DNA of 64,000 nucleotides from Candidatus Latescibacterota bacterium. GTDB lineage: Bacteria > Latescibacterota > UBA2968. The notes below the pieces were generated by a model. The model was not told the origin of the DNA. It saw only the letters and a program-made list of their open reading frames with translations, and did not search any database. Each line of letters opens with the position of its first letter. Position 1 is the stretch's first letter. A program made the position numbers and the translations under genes. The stretch spans positions 4,640,001-4,704,000 of the forward strand of contig OZ242311.1 in the NCBI GenBank assembly GCA_965207885.1, written 5' to 3'. Shown piece by piece: positions 46,919 through 57,024 of this stretch.

Positions 46919-48400
46919 TCAATGTTTGATCAAGTGCTTTTCCAGGGTCTTGACCACGGTTTTTAGCGTTTTAATGCGCGCATATAGCTTGCAATTGGAC
47001 TCGACAATGGTCCACGGCGCGTAATCTGTATTCGTGCGATACAACATGTCATCCACTGCGTCGCGATACTGATCCCATTTCTCTCGATTGCGCCAGTCTT
47101 CATCCGTAATTTTCCACTGTTTGGACGGTACTTTTTCGCGGTCTTGAAAGCGCTTCAATTGTTCGTCTTTGTCGATATCGATCCAGAATTTGAATAATAA
47201 GGTGCCGTAATTTGCCATCTGTTCTTCCATTTCGTTGATTTCGCGGTACGCGCGTTGCCATTCCGGTATTGTCGCAAATCCCTCTACGCGCTCGACCAGA
47301 ACGCGCCCGTACCACGATCGGTCAAAGATGGCAAAATGACCGGCTTTGGGCATTTTGATCCAGAACCGCCACAAATAGTGATGTGCCAGTTCAATATCAT
47401 TTGGCGCGGCGATGGGGAACACGTCGTATCCCCGCGGGTCCATGCGGCGCACCAGGCGTTTGATATTGCCTCCCTTTCCCGCAGCATCCCAGCCTTCGTA
47501 CACAATGACTACCGACTGCCTTTGCAAATACACTTCGTGCTCGATTTCCCATATCTTTTTTTGATAAATGCGGCGCAGGCGATCGTATTCTTTGCGCGTG
47601 AGTTCTCTGGACAAATCAGATGTTTCGAGCATAGAATGCGGGATTGAGGATAGGGAAACCGCTTTGGTCCGCGTCTTTTTGTTCAGAGATGCCAGTTTTT
47701 TTTCGAGGACTTCAATCACTTTTTCAAATACTGAAACCGTTGCAAAACGCCAGTTTTCAGCCGGCACAATATGCCAGGGCGCGTATTTGCTATCCGTACG
47801 TGAGATCATTTCTTCGATGACTTCTCCATACCATTCGTATTGTTTATTTTTTTTCCAGTCGTAATCTGTCACGCGCCAGGACGTCAGGGGATTTTTCTCG
47901 AGTTGCTTAAAACGCTTTTTTTGTTCTTTGCGCGAGATGTGCAGGAAGAACTTGATGATTACATGGCCGTCATCTACAAGTTGTCGCTCGAAATTATTCA
48001 CTTCTTGATACGCCTTATCAACCGGCAGTTTGCTCATCATCGGATCTAATTTTTCCACAATAAATCGACTGTACCAACTCCGACCGTAAATCGCCATGCG
48101 CCCGCGTTCGGGGATTTTGGTCCAGAACCGCCACATAAACGGTCGGTAAATCTCTTCTTCATTGGAAACTTGCGTCGAATATACTTTGACACCCCGGGGA
48201 TCGAGTACTTGCAACAACTCATTGATTTGTCGTCCTTTGCCAGAAGCGCCCCAGCCTTCGAATACAATCGTGATGGGGACTTTGTTTTCCAGTGCCTTTC
48301 GCTCGAGTTGGCCCATTTTTATTTCCAGTTTTTCCATGCGGGCGTTGTAGTCCGATTTTTTTATTCTTTGTTTTAGATCAATAGCATCCATGATTTCCAT
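46919..48400 (-). CDS. pap: Polyphosphate:AMP phosphotransferase (two-domain PPK2)
   Basis: Two PPK2 domains: FEGWGASGKG (degenerate) and YEGWDAAGKGG, FDRSWYGRVLVERVEG. Confidence 0.9.
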   Translation of the reverse strand: MEIMDAIDLKQRIKKSDYNARMEKLEIKMGQLERKALENKVPITIVFEGWGASGKGRQINELLQVLDPRGVKVYSTQVSNEEEIYRPFMWRFWTKIPERGRMAIYGRSWYSRFIVEKLDPMMSKLPVDKAYQEVNNFERQLVDDGHVIIKFFLHISRKEQKKRFKQLEKNPLTSWRVTDYDWKKNKQYEWYGEVIEEMISRTDSKYAPWHIVPAENWRFATVSVFEKVIEVLEKKLASLNKKTRTKAVSLSSIPHSMLETSDLSRELTRKEYDRLRRIYQKKIWEIEHEVYLQRQSVVIVYEGWDAAGKGGNIKRLVRRMDPRGYDVFPIAAPNDIELAHHYLWRFWIKMPKAGHFAIFDRSWYGRVLVERVEGFATIPEWQRAYREINEMEEQMANYGTLLFKFWIDIDKDEQLKRFQDREKVPSKQWKITDEDWRNREKWDQYRDAVDDMLYRTNTDYAPWTIVESNCKLYARIKTLKTVVKTLEKHLIKH

Positions 48401-48403
48401 ATT

Positions 48404-49528
48404 TTACTCCTCTATCCACGAGCGCGAGTCGGGTACATCTAACCACGCTCCGTCTTGTACAATTGATTGTTGACTGAGTAGTCCCGGTAAGGTCATGTCC
48501 ATGGCTTCGTGAATGCCAATTGGACAGGCGATTTCGCCGTTGATGCTTTGAATAAAATCCATGATTTCGAAATAGTCGCCCCCGCCGTGTCCGGCTTTTA
48601 ATGCCGCTTCAGAGGGGTTGCGCCACATGTCGGGTAAATAGTCTTCTTCCAGATCTGTCAGATCTATCCATTCATTTTTTTCGCCGCAGATATCTTCAAG
48701 CCATATGCGATTGACACCGCCGCGCATGCGCGCCGATTCATAACATCCTTTTGTCCCTTGCAGTTGAAAATTGCCGGTTGCGTGGGGGCGTTCCGATAGC
48801 ATATCTACCCGGATTTTTACCAGCCCGCCGCTCGCCATCTGGCACAACATGACGCACGAATCTTGATTTTCATACTGGTCTCCCCGCGGGTCTGTATAAT
48901 GGTGTCCGCTGCCCGCACAACACACGCGCACTACGCGGTCGCCCGGCATCCACTGCAAAAGAGGCCCCAGGCTGTGGGTGCAATAGGTGACACCATCAAT
49001 GCCCGTTTGCCACTTGCGCCGCCATTTTGTGATTTCATTCAGGGCTTTTAATTCGTGCAAATACTCTCCTTCTCCGTAATATACATCGCCAAACAAACCC
49101 CGCCGCACGAGTTCTTTTACCAGTACATTGGGGCGGGTGTAGGTGTAATTTTCTGCCATCATATAGATTGCTTTTGACGATGTTGCGGCGTGTACCAGGG
49201 CGCGACATTCCTCCACGGAGACCCCGGCTGTGACTTCGCTCAAGACGTGGATGTTGCGATGCAGTGCCTCAATTGCTTGCTGAGCGTGAAAGTGCATGGG
49301 CGTGCCGATGACGACCGCATCGAGTTCAGAACGCGCGAGCATGGTTTCGTAGTCCGCGTATTTTTCAGAGGCTCCCAATCGTTCAGCAGCAGCGTCGAGT
49401 TCCTCTTCGCGCACATCGCATACCGCGTGAATGCGAGCCGTTTCATGGGCTTCAAAAGCGACCCGAAAACTGCCCCCACGCCCAGCAGCCCCCACAATGC
49501 CCACGTTTAATTTTTCAGCAATGGCCAT
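48404..49528 (-). CDS. Gfo/Idh/MocA-family oxidoreductase
   Basis: VGIVG..GRG, HVLSEV, MAENY, HGGGD. Confidence 0.88.
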   Translation of the reverse strand: MAIAEKLNVGIVGAAGRGGSFRVAFEAHETARIHAVCDVREEELDAAAERLGASEKYADYETMLARSELDAVVIGTPMHFHAQQAIEALHRNIHVLSEVTAGVSVEECRALVHAATSSKAIYMMAENYTYTRPNVLVKELVRRGLFGDVYYGEGEYLHELKALNEITKWRRKWQTGIDGVTYCTHSLGPLLQWMPGDRVVRVCCAGSGHHYTDPRGDQYENQDSCVMLCQMASGGLVKIRVDMLSERPHATGNFQLQGTKGCYESARMRGGVNRIWLEDICGEKNEWIDLTDLEEDYLPDMWRNPSEAALKAGHGGGDYFEIMDFIQSINGEIACPIGIHEAMDMTLPGLLSQQSIVQDGAWLDVPDSRSWIEE

Positions 49529-49742
49529 GGTTTTACTCTCAGGTGTTGTTTGTAAAGTTCATTGAATTTTTGTTTGCCGCTTACCGCGTTGATCGCGTCC
49601 AGACAGAGGTAGCGCAACTTCAATGAGTTTTCTGGGTATTTTGACATTCTGATTCATACATGCTCGTTTTATTGTGTAGGTGGGGTTTCCTGCTGAAGAT
49701 TATACACGATATACTGATTTAGATTCCCAACTACTAACATCC

Positions 49743-50933
49743 TCATGTGCGATCAGGCCCTATCCAATAGTGCTTACATTCTCTTATTAACTCACAATTA
49801 AGATCGTTATTCTCATAGAGCAAGTTTAGAAAATGAAATTTTGTGACCACAGTCAACTTACGGCTGAGTTTGTTCAAATTAGAAAAATCTATCTCTTCCC
49901 CTTCAAAGTGTGTGACGCCCCTTGCATTACGATATTTTTTAACTTCCTTGCCAAAATCTACGCATTCGGTGTCGTTGTCAAATATACAACCTATCAATGG
50001 CTTTGCTAACAGTCTAATCTGTTTCCACTTTTCGACTGGTTGTCGTTCCTTCTCGACAACACCATTTTTATTTATTCGTTTTCTTCTGCCTTTTAGCTTT
50101 TCGTTTTCAGGTAGGCCGGCATTGTACTTGTGAAACAGATATTCACAATCATCCGCCACAGATTTCCACCGATCTATAGGCAGAGCAGGTAAAAATCTGT
50201 AAATATATTTTTTTATAAACGATTCAAGATACTTGCCGAGCAGATTTTCTTTGCCCTTGTTAAAGTTTTTATAGCGCGTATGAGGATAGTCATTATACTC
50301 TCTTTCCCATTCACATCCCTTGTAATACAAATTCCAATAGACAGGATAGTTTATGACATCGCCTGCTATTCGTTCCCCTTTTTTGTTATATACGCCATCA
50401 ATCAGAAGTTCTTTCTCCTGTCCGGTCAAGTACCCATAGATATCTGTAATACCTATACGTCTGTCGAACAAAAAGCCAAAGAAGTACTTGATAGCCTCCA
50501 CTTTTTTTCTACAATCCTCTGCTGGCAATGGCTCCGAAAATTCCAAAACACAGTATGCTTTGGGTTCAATTGTACCAGACCATCCCCACGCTTTTAATTC
50601 TATTTTGAACGTAAAATGTTTAGTTTTGCACTCCAAAGGCTTTGGTTCATGCCATTCTATTTTGAGCGTTTTAGCGTACCCATGTTGATGAACCTCAACC
50701 TTATCATATATTGGCTTTGCTTTTTTGACACCCTCCAAGTCGGGAAGAGCAAAAACCTCGACACCGTCCAGACAGAAGCGAATTTTATCAAATTTAACTG
50801 GATCATTAGGCTCGAATCTATACCAACCTTCCCCCTGTTCTCCAAGTGAAGCTCTTTGGATTAAGCAAATTTTGGGATATAACTTTAGAGCACCACCCAA
50901 AGATTTCCCAAAATCACAGTCTAATAAAATTAT
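49743..50933 (-). pseudogene. ApeA-like HEPN protein, C-terminal part (downstream of IS insertion)
   Basis: AT-rich ORF; C-terminal RNARGVTH fits the HEPN R-x(4-6)-H motif; in frame with 52131-52394 once the IS and one TSD copy are removed. Confidence 0.65.
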
Positions 50934-52130
50934 CATAGTACACGACAAAACCTAAATCGGGTTAAAATCTGGCGGATTAATCAGTAAACGAATGCATTTG
51001 AGGAACTGCTGGGCTTGTTGGTGTATATTGAGCAGGACATACTGCAAATAGTCCAACCCATATCGGAAGAGACTTTTTTCCATCCGTCCGTGGTTTTTGA
51101 CCTTCAAAGGTTTTGTAAGGGCGATCCATTCGCCGATGATATGGGCCCAGGTGCAGGCAATAGCCAAAAGCGCGATGAGTTTTTCAATGCGATCTTGATG
51201 TATAAGGTGGGTCTCTTCCAGATTAAATCCTCGACTTTTCAAATTTGCAAAAAGGACTTCAATGCCCCAACGTTTTTTATACACCTCCAATGCGACTTGA
51301 CGTTGTTGGTTGCTTGCAAGAATGAGGTATTGATCCTTCAATCTTAGCGCAGACACATACACAGGTAGGTCATAAACGCGGCGAGGTCTTTGTAGGCTGA
51401 CCTGCTGATGGATGTGCAAATTTTCAAAGAGTTTTTTTATGGGTATCTCTCTATCTGCCCTTGAGACAAGGGCATTTTCCTTGATGCGGATGACAAAAGG
51501 GATGTTTTGTGTGTCTAACCACGCAAACCATTCTCTTCCAATGAATTCTCTATCTGCCAATACAACGCGGATATGAGACTTGGGAATGCGCGTAAGCACC
51601 TGTTTCATCAAATTGATACGCTCATCACTATTGGAATTGCCTCGTTTTTTTAACAAGTGCCAACACATAGGAAAGGCGACCCCTTCATAGATAATGCCTG
51701 CGGTTAGGATGTTGATATTGAATTTGCCTAACTTCCAATTAGTGCGATCTATTGAGACTGCAAAATCGGTCTTTATAGGTAATAAGTGCAAGATCAGTCG
51801 CGTCACGGCTTCATAAGGAATGTCAAACTCAGCGAAAAAACGCTGTATCCTGCGGTAATTTGATTGCGGTTTGACCTGTCCATTTAGCGCATTAGCCAAT
51901 TTGGCGAAGTTGACCCTGCTCAGCTTGACCAAAGACAAGATGAAGGCCGCTGTGAAAGTGATGCGTGCTTTATGCCACCCAAAATGGCCTTGCAATACAT
52001 GGTGAAGTTGTATAACTTGACGAGACATAGACCTGTGCCTTGTTGAGATGAGAAGGTTCGTTTTCACACATTCAAACCTAACTCTTTTTCACGTTTTGCA
52101 CAGGTCTTTTATTTTTTGTCGTGTACTTTA
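50934..52130 (-). mobile_element. IS4-family insertion sequence, 1197 bp, with 9-bp TSD TAAAATTAT (50925-50933 and 52131-52139)
   Basis: Terminal inverted repeats CATAGTACACGACAAAA / TTTTGTCGTGTACTTTA; identical 9-bp flanking direct repeats; internal DDE transposase. Confidence 0.92.
50952..52028 (-). CDS. IS4-family DDE transposase
   Basis: SIDRTNW, LADREF, YKKRWGIEVLFANLKSRGF (YREK motif); start uncertain (ORF extends to 52067). Confidence 0.93.
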   Translation of the reverse strand: MSRQVIQLHHVLQGHFGWHKARITFTAAFILSLVKLSRVNFAKLANALNGQVKPQSNYRRIQRFFAEFDIPYEAVTRLILHLLPIKTDFAVSIDRTNWKLGKFNINILTAGIIYEGVAFPMCWHLLKKRGNSNSDERINLMKQVLTRIPKSHIRVVLADREFIGREWFAWLDTQNIPFVIRIKENALVSRADREIPIKKLFENLHIHQQVSLQRPRRVYDLPVYVSALRLKDQYLILASNQQRQVALEVYKKRWGIEVLFANLKSRGFNLEETHLIHQDRIEKLIALLAIACTWAHIIGEWIALTKPLKVKNHGRMEKSLFRYGLDYLQYVLLNIHQQAQQFLKCIRLLINPPDFNPI

Positions 52131-52394
52131 TAAAATTATATAAAACTGCCCATACGATGTCTCGCCATCAATTCTGGGAAATTTTAAAATTTTTCTTCTT
52201 TGTAGAATGGAAAAAAGCCTTCCAGGACCCAATCCTTCCAATTCCAACAAAAGAGAACCATCCTCTTTGATTGTCAATTCTCCTCGAAACCCTTTCTTGT
52301 TATTCCCCTGATAAATATCAGACTTAACAGGATACCTATAGTCATTCTCGCAAAACCTGAAAAAACCATCAAGCTTTTGTTCTTCTAATCTCAT
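52128..52394 (-). pseudogene. ApeA-like protein, N-terminal fragment
   Basis: G-F...GELTI..DG.L.LELEG...IDG....G....IL(LDC) resembles the ApeA N-terminal domain; stop codon supplied by the IS end. Confidence 0.6.
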
Positions 52395-52467
52395 AACACT
52401 CTTTCTTTTTTTAAGTAGTTCCTACCCACGTTTTTTAGGCTTTATCGGCTATGTCTGTATGTTTCAG

Positions 52468-52959
52468 TCATCTTGCGTCCCTCAGCAATTGTGCCAGAGA
52501 AGTTCCACATCTGGTTCTCTGAACGATTACCGATCTCCCGCGAAACCGGACTTTGTTAGACGTGTTTCTCAGTCGTCTTTGCTCAATTTTCGAAATCCTG
52601 CCTGATGCAACAACCGGGGTAAACTTCGTACCTGCGTTATGTGGAATGATCTGATCAGCGACATCAGCACCAGCCTGAAGTTGCCTTGCGGCCTCACTGG
52701 CACTGATCCCACCCGATTTCAACTCTATGGGTACGGTCCACGGACTTCCATCTTTATCATCTAAATATCCGATGTACAGGTAGTCGCATCGTGTTTCATG
52801 CTGGCTTGGAGGTGAACCAGGAGAATTCATGTGGATCAGGACGAATTGACGCGAAATCCCCTTGAGCGAAATCGAACACTTTCCTGCCCTACACTGCTTT
52901 CTCTGGCATCGAGCATCCAATTTCTCTCGTACCGATTCCATCATCGTCATCTGGTTCAA
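52468..52959 (-). CDS. Small hypothetical protein with a PD-(D/E)xK-like motif
   Basis: RCDYLYIG...VPIELKSG...ARQLQAG; ATGA overlap with the upstream ATPase. Confidence 0.6.
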   Translation of the reverse strand: MNQMTMMESVREKLDARCQRKQCRAGKCSISLKGISRQFVLIHMNSPGSPPSQHETRCDYLYIGYLDDKDGSPWTVPIELKSGGISASEAARQLQAGADVADQIIPHNAGTKFTPVVASGRISKIEQRRLRNTSNKVRFRGRSVIVQRTRCGTSLAQLLRDAR

Positions 52960-54467
52960 TTTTCCTCAATTCGGTTGGAGATTGTTGCCCAGTCGTTGTG
53001 GGTACCGATCGCGACATCGTCGTAATCGGATCGGAATCCGCCATAATCCACATCAAGGGGTATCTCCTTCACAATCGAACCCCTGGGGCGTTTTTTAGGT
53101 TCGAACAGCCAGGTGCCTACCTGGTCGGGACTGAGCGCGTAGTCCGCACCGCCGATTCCTTTTCTGTCAGATTCTGAAAGTTCGGAGAGACGTACCAGAT
53201 TGGCGAGTTCTTCCAGTACCCATTCGCTATGTGTGGTAATGATGACCCGTATGCCAGAACGCACCGCCTCAGCGAGATGCCGGATGAACGCGACCTGCAT
53301 TCCGGGGTGTAAGTGGGATTCAGGTTCTTCGATGATTAAGACTTCTCCAGGTGAGACGACATGGCGCAGGTACAATACGACGGGCGCGAGTTCCGATACC
53401 ATTGATGAGGTATTCATCAGCGGCATGTCTTCTTTCCACCCTGTTGGTTGGTAGGAAAATACGGGATACCCAGTTTCTGATTTTTCGTTGCGAATTGAAC
53501 CACTCAGGATTTCTTTTTCAAGGCGTTGGGTGAGGTTCTCATTCAGCCTTCTCCTTCTGCTTGACAAATCGCCCAATTCAAGGAGTTGTTCGATGAAGTC
53601 TGCGACAACGCCAGAGAGCGCCGGTAATGCCCGTGTGGGATGGATACCTCGCGATGCACCCCGGATCAAAGAACCTACAACAACCTTGTGCGCGTGCATA
53701 ACGCCCGTGCGATCTGCAGGGAGATAATGGGCGGGCTGACTTATTGGATTATCGAAGTAAGAAGCAATGTTCTCAGAAAGGCCTCTCATCAATTTAGCCA
53801 CAAAAGACTTTCTTTCATCACTATCTGTCCATTTTTGTCCGAACCTTATTTTGCCTTCGGATGCGTCTTGGATATACTCCTCAAGAGCGTCTTTTCCGAT
53901 CTGCAAATTGGTATCGGGAATTGAAGAGGTAAAAGCCTCTTTTGCAATGGTGAATTTATACAATGAACTGTGGCTGTACCCGGCTTGTAGGGAGACTGGT
54001 GGGAGAGAGATCTTAGCACTTTCCTTACTTCCGTAGCGAATAAGTCTTCTGGTCTCGTCAATACCAAAACACCGCATTATCTCGTCGGCGAGATCACTGG
54101 CGGGAAGAAGATTACTGAACATAGCGCGGATCAGCGACGCAATTTCATCTGGTGGAATAGTAGAAGAATTCTCGTTCACTTGTGAAACGATTTCGTCTGC
54201 TCTGCCAATCAAACGCGTGATGTCTTGCCCGTATATCACGGCCTCGTCTGGGAAACTCGGACTGCTAATATATAAAAAAGGAGGCTCCTTTCCTTCGTGA
54301 CTATTAAAAAACTTATGCAGCGCGTAGATCAAAATTGCCAAATAAGACTTTCCCGTATTGCTCGGTCCAACAAATACGGTGAGTGGGCGCAGTTCAACTT
54401 CTGCACTATAAATCGGTCCGAAATCTTTGACCGATAGCGTAAGATTTCTGTCTTGTGATGTTGCCAT
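52956..54467 (-). CDS. ABC-type ATPase (AAA_15/AAA_21, OLD/AbiEii-like), non-transport
   Basis: VKDFGPI, GPSNTGKS (Walker A), TSSMVSEL (signature-like), LIIEEPESHLHP (Walker B/D-loop), ITTHS (H-loop); no TM partner. Confidence 0.88.
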   Translation of the reverse strand: MATSQDRNLTLSVKDFGPIYSAEVELRPLTVFVGPSNTGKSYLAILIYALHKFFNSHEGKEPPFLYISSPSFPDEAVIYGQDITRLIGRADEIVSQVNENSSTIPPDEIASLIRAMFSNLLPASDLADEIMRCFGIDETRRLIRYGSKESAKISLPPVSLQAGYSHSSLYKFTIAKEAFTSSIPDTNLQIGKDALEEYIQDASEGKIRFGQKWTDSDERKSFVAKLMRGLSENIASYFDNPISQPAHYLPADRTGVMHAHKVVVGSLIRGASRGIHPTRALPALSGVVADFIEQLLELGDLSSRRRRLNENLTQRLEKEILSGSIRNEKSETGYPVFSYQPTGWKEDMPLMNTSSMVSELAPVVLYLRHVVSPGEVLIIEEPESHLHPGMQVAFIRHLAEAVRSGIRVIITTHSEWVLEELANLVRLSELSESDRKGIGGADYALSPDQVGTWLFEPKKRPRGSIVKEIPLDVDYGGFRSDYDDVAIGTHNDWATISNRIEEN

Positions 54468-54671
54468 TGTTGCCTCCTCTGAATATCCTGGATGGCTTAT
54501 TGGGCAAGTGTACTTTTTTGGAGCAACGTTTTCAGATCCTTTGGCGGTTCAATACCTATGAGCGAGTTACCCTCAGATAAGTCTTCAAGATGCATTAAAA
54601 AAACCTTTATTAACAAATTTTCTCGCAATCAGCACACAGGCGTAACACAACGACATTAATGATAAAAAACT

Positions 54672-54707
54672 TTCTGGATCGCGGCTCAAAACCATGCCGC
54701 GATGACG
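54672..54707 (+). repeat. Dispersed palindromic repeat, copy 1
   Basis: TTCTGGATCGCGGCTCAAAACCATGCCGCGATGACG; inverted copy at 63227-63262. Confidence 0.8.
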
Positions 54708-54740
54708 GCTTTCGTGTATGCTTTGCTGACTGCTATAATT

Positions 54741-56426
54741 TCAACCTTTCCCAGAACTCGACAAGCGGATGTCCTCTACCAGCATTTGCACGCTGGTTCT
54801 GCCCTGCCATGTATTGGCCTGTAGTGCAAAGGCGAGATCGACGTGGTCGCCCACTGACAATTCGTAAACCCGCTCGCCCTGGCGAAACCAGATTGCATCG
54901 CACAGGTCAGCACCTGTATCTACGCTGAGTTTCAAATGCGCCCCGCGGCCGATGGCGCGCGCATCTGCAATTCGACAATCGCGAGCTACAAAACGCGGCA
55001 ACTCGTTTTTTGCACCAAAAGGGGCCAATTTGTCCAAGGTGTCAACGGTTGTCAGCGAAATATCGGACGGTTTGAGGGTGGCATCGACTTCCAGTTGGGG
55101 CGTCAGTGCTTCCTCTGATAGCCGCGCTTGAGCATCTGCGATCAACCGCTCTTGAAATTCGAAATAATTTTCAGCGGGGACCGAAAATCCGGCGGCATCG
55201 GCGTGTCCACCAAATTCGGTGAGCAGATCTGAGACGCGGAAAATCGCCTCGACGATATTGTATCCACCGGCTGTGCGCGCAGAACCCGTGTAGATGCCAT
55301 TTTTCCGAAAGTTGGTACACACCAGCGCTGGCCGCGAAAATTTTTCGACCAATCGCCCGGCGATCAGCCCGACCACACCCAGATGCCATTCTTCACCGCG
55401 CACGACCAGAATGCGATACTGATCCAACCAGTTATCTTCTACCATGCGTTCTGCTTCGGCTATGCCGTCGTTTTGCAGGGTCTGCCTTTCGCCATTTAGA
55501 CTGTTTAATTCTTCGGCGAGTTTTGCAGCCTGTTCTCGGTTTTGACAGCGCAACAAATTGAGTGCCAAATCTGCCGATGATAGGCGCCCTGCACTGTTGA
55601 TGCGCGGTCCCAGAAAGAATCCAATAGAGATTGTGTCAACGGGGCGGTTGGTCGTGCCCGCGACGGCTTTGAGTGCCTGCAAGCCCGGGCGCGCGGTGGT
55701 ATCGAGGACCTGCATCCCCTTTCGCGTAAGCAGGCGATTTTCTGCAACCATGGGGGCCATATCAGCCACAGTGCCCAATGCGACGAGATCCAGAAGCGAG
55801 TTCAAATATCGGCGGCGTTCCGAATCGGGCAGGAATTCTGATGCCAGTGCCTGTACTACTTTAAATGCCACCCCTACGGCAGCCAGTCCTTTGAAGGGAT
55901 ATTCACAGTCTGCGCGATTGGGATTCACCAGTGCCAGAGCGTCTGGCAATTTGTCCTGTGGATGGTGATGGTCAATGACTACCACATCAATTCCGGCGTC
56001 ATTAGCCGTGTCAACAGCCTCAAAAGCTGAAATGCCATTGTCCGCGGTTACAATGAGTTGTGCTCCTTGTGCGTATGCCGTCTCTACACCCGACGGTTTC
56101 ATGCCATACCCATCTCGGAACCGGTCGGGTAACAAAAATGTGGCATTGGCACCTACCAGATCAAAAAAATCCAGCAAGACAGCGGTGCTCGTGACACCAT
56201 CTACATCGTAATCGCCAAAAACCACAATGCGCTCTTTTTTGCGAATGGCTTCTGATATGCGTTCGACAATGCGGTGCATGTCTTTCATTAAATAGGGGTC
56301 ATTCAAAATATCGGGAGAATCGGCCAAATCTTCTATTTTTAATGAACGGTTTGTGAGAATGACATCGGCAATAGAATGATAGTCGCCCTTATGGCGTATG
56401 TTCCATATCGGGTACCTGGGTTCCAT
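54741..56426 (-). CDS. recJ: Single-stranded DNA exonuclease RecJ
   Basis: GDYDVDG, TADNG, IDHH, GTVAD, PRINSAGR, GSAR, GGHADAAG. Confidence 0.96.
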   Translation of the reverse strand: MEPRYPIWNIRHKGDYHSIADVILTNRSLKIEDLADSPDILNDPYLMKDMHRIVERISEAIRKKERIVVFGDYDVDGVTSTAVLLDFFDLVGANATFLLPDRFRDGYGMKPSGVETAYAQGAQLIVTADNGISAFEAVDTANDAGIDVVVIDHHHPQDKLPDALALVNPNRADCEYPFKGLAAVGVAFKVVQALASEFLPDSERRRYLNSLLDLVALGTVADMAPMVAENRLLTRKGMQVLDTTARPGLQALKAVAGTTNRPVDTISIGFFLGPRINSAGRLSSADLALNLLRCQNREQAAKLAEELNSLNGERQTLQNDGIAEAERMVEDNWLDQYRILVVRGEEWHLGVVGLIAGRLVEKFSRPALVCTNFRKNGIYTGSARTAGGYNIVEAIFRVSDLLTEFGGHADAAGFSVPAENYFEFQERLIADAQARLSEEALTPQLEVDATLKPSDISLTTVDTLDKLAPFGAKNELPRFVARDCRIADARAIGRGAHLKLSVDTGADLCDAIWFRQGERVYELSVGDHVDLAFALQANTWQGRTSVQMLVEDIRLSSSGKG

Positions 56427-56472
56427 AAAATCTCCAGAGTGGTTGATCAGAGTGCGTATATGCGATCTCTAC

Positions 56473-56502
56473 TTGACTTGAAGTCAATTTGAACGTTAAT
56501 TT
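56473..56502. promoter_or_regulatory. Dyad TTGACTT-G-AAGTCAA overlapping the -35 of the ybjN-pspA promoter (divergent from recJ)
   Basis: Perfect 7-bp inverted repeat at 56473-56487; TTGACT-18 nt-TAATTT. Confidence 0.45.
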
Positions 56503-56588
56503 TTGAAACCAATATTTCGCTTGCGTATCTCATAGGCAGGACGGTGGGTCACGTTACACCTTCCGCTAACCGCTTTCAGGAGTTTAAA

Positions 56589-56984
56589 ATGTCAGAATAT
56601 TTCAATACAGTCAAATCTTATCTTCAAGACCTCAATCTCGCGGTTGACGAGGAAGATACCGCTGAAGAACTCGTTGTGGTGAGCGACGAAGACCGTGGTG
56701 TCAATCACCTCATTGTCGATTGCGAAGATCCCATCCTCATTATTGAGCAGGCTATTATGCCTATTCCCAACGTCCCTGGGGATCTGTACAAAAGGTTACT
56801 CGAAATGAATCGCACACTCGTTCACGGGGCGTTTGCCCTGGACGATGAAACCGGCACGGTTCTTTTCCGCGATACCCTGCGCCTCGATACCCTCGACCGC
56901 TCTGAGCTTGAAGGCTCTATCACCGCGCTCGAACTCGCCTTAGCCGATAATGCCGCAGAATTACTCGAATATAGCCATCAGTAG
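56589..56984 (+). CDS. YbjN/CesT-like chaperone-fold protein
   Basis: LLEMNRTLVHGAFALD...VLFRDTL..LD..EL pattern; adjacent to pspA; AGGAG RBS. Confidence 0.75.
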   Translation: MSEYFNTVKSYLQDLNLAVDEEDTAEELVVVSDEDRGVNHLIVDCEDPILIIEQAIMPIPNVPGDLYKRLLEMNRTLVHGAFALDDETGTVLFRDTLRLDTLDRSELEGSITALELALADNAAELLEYSHQ

Positions 56985-57024
56985 TCAGTTGACTGCTGAC
57001 CATTTTTAAAAAAAGGAGTATCTT

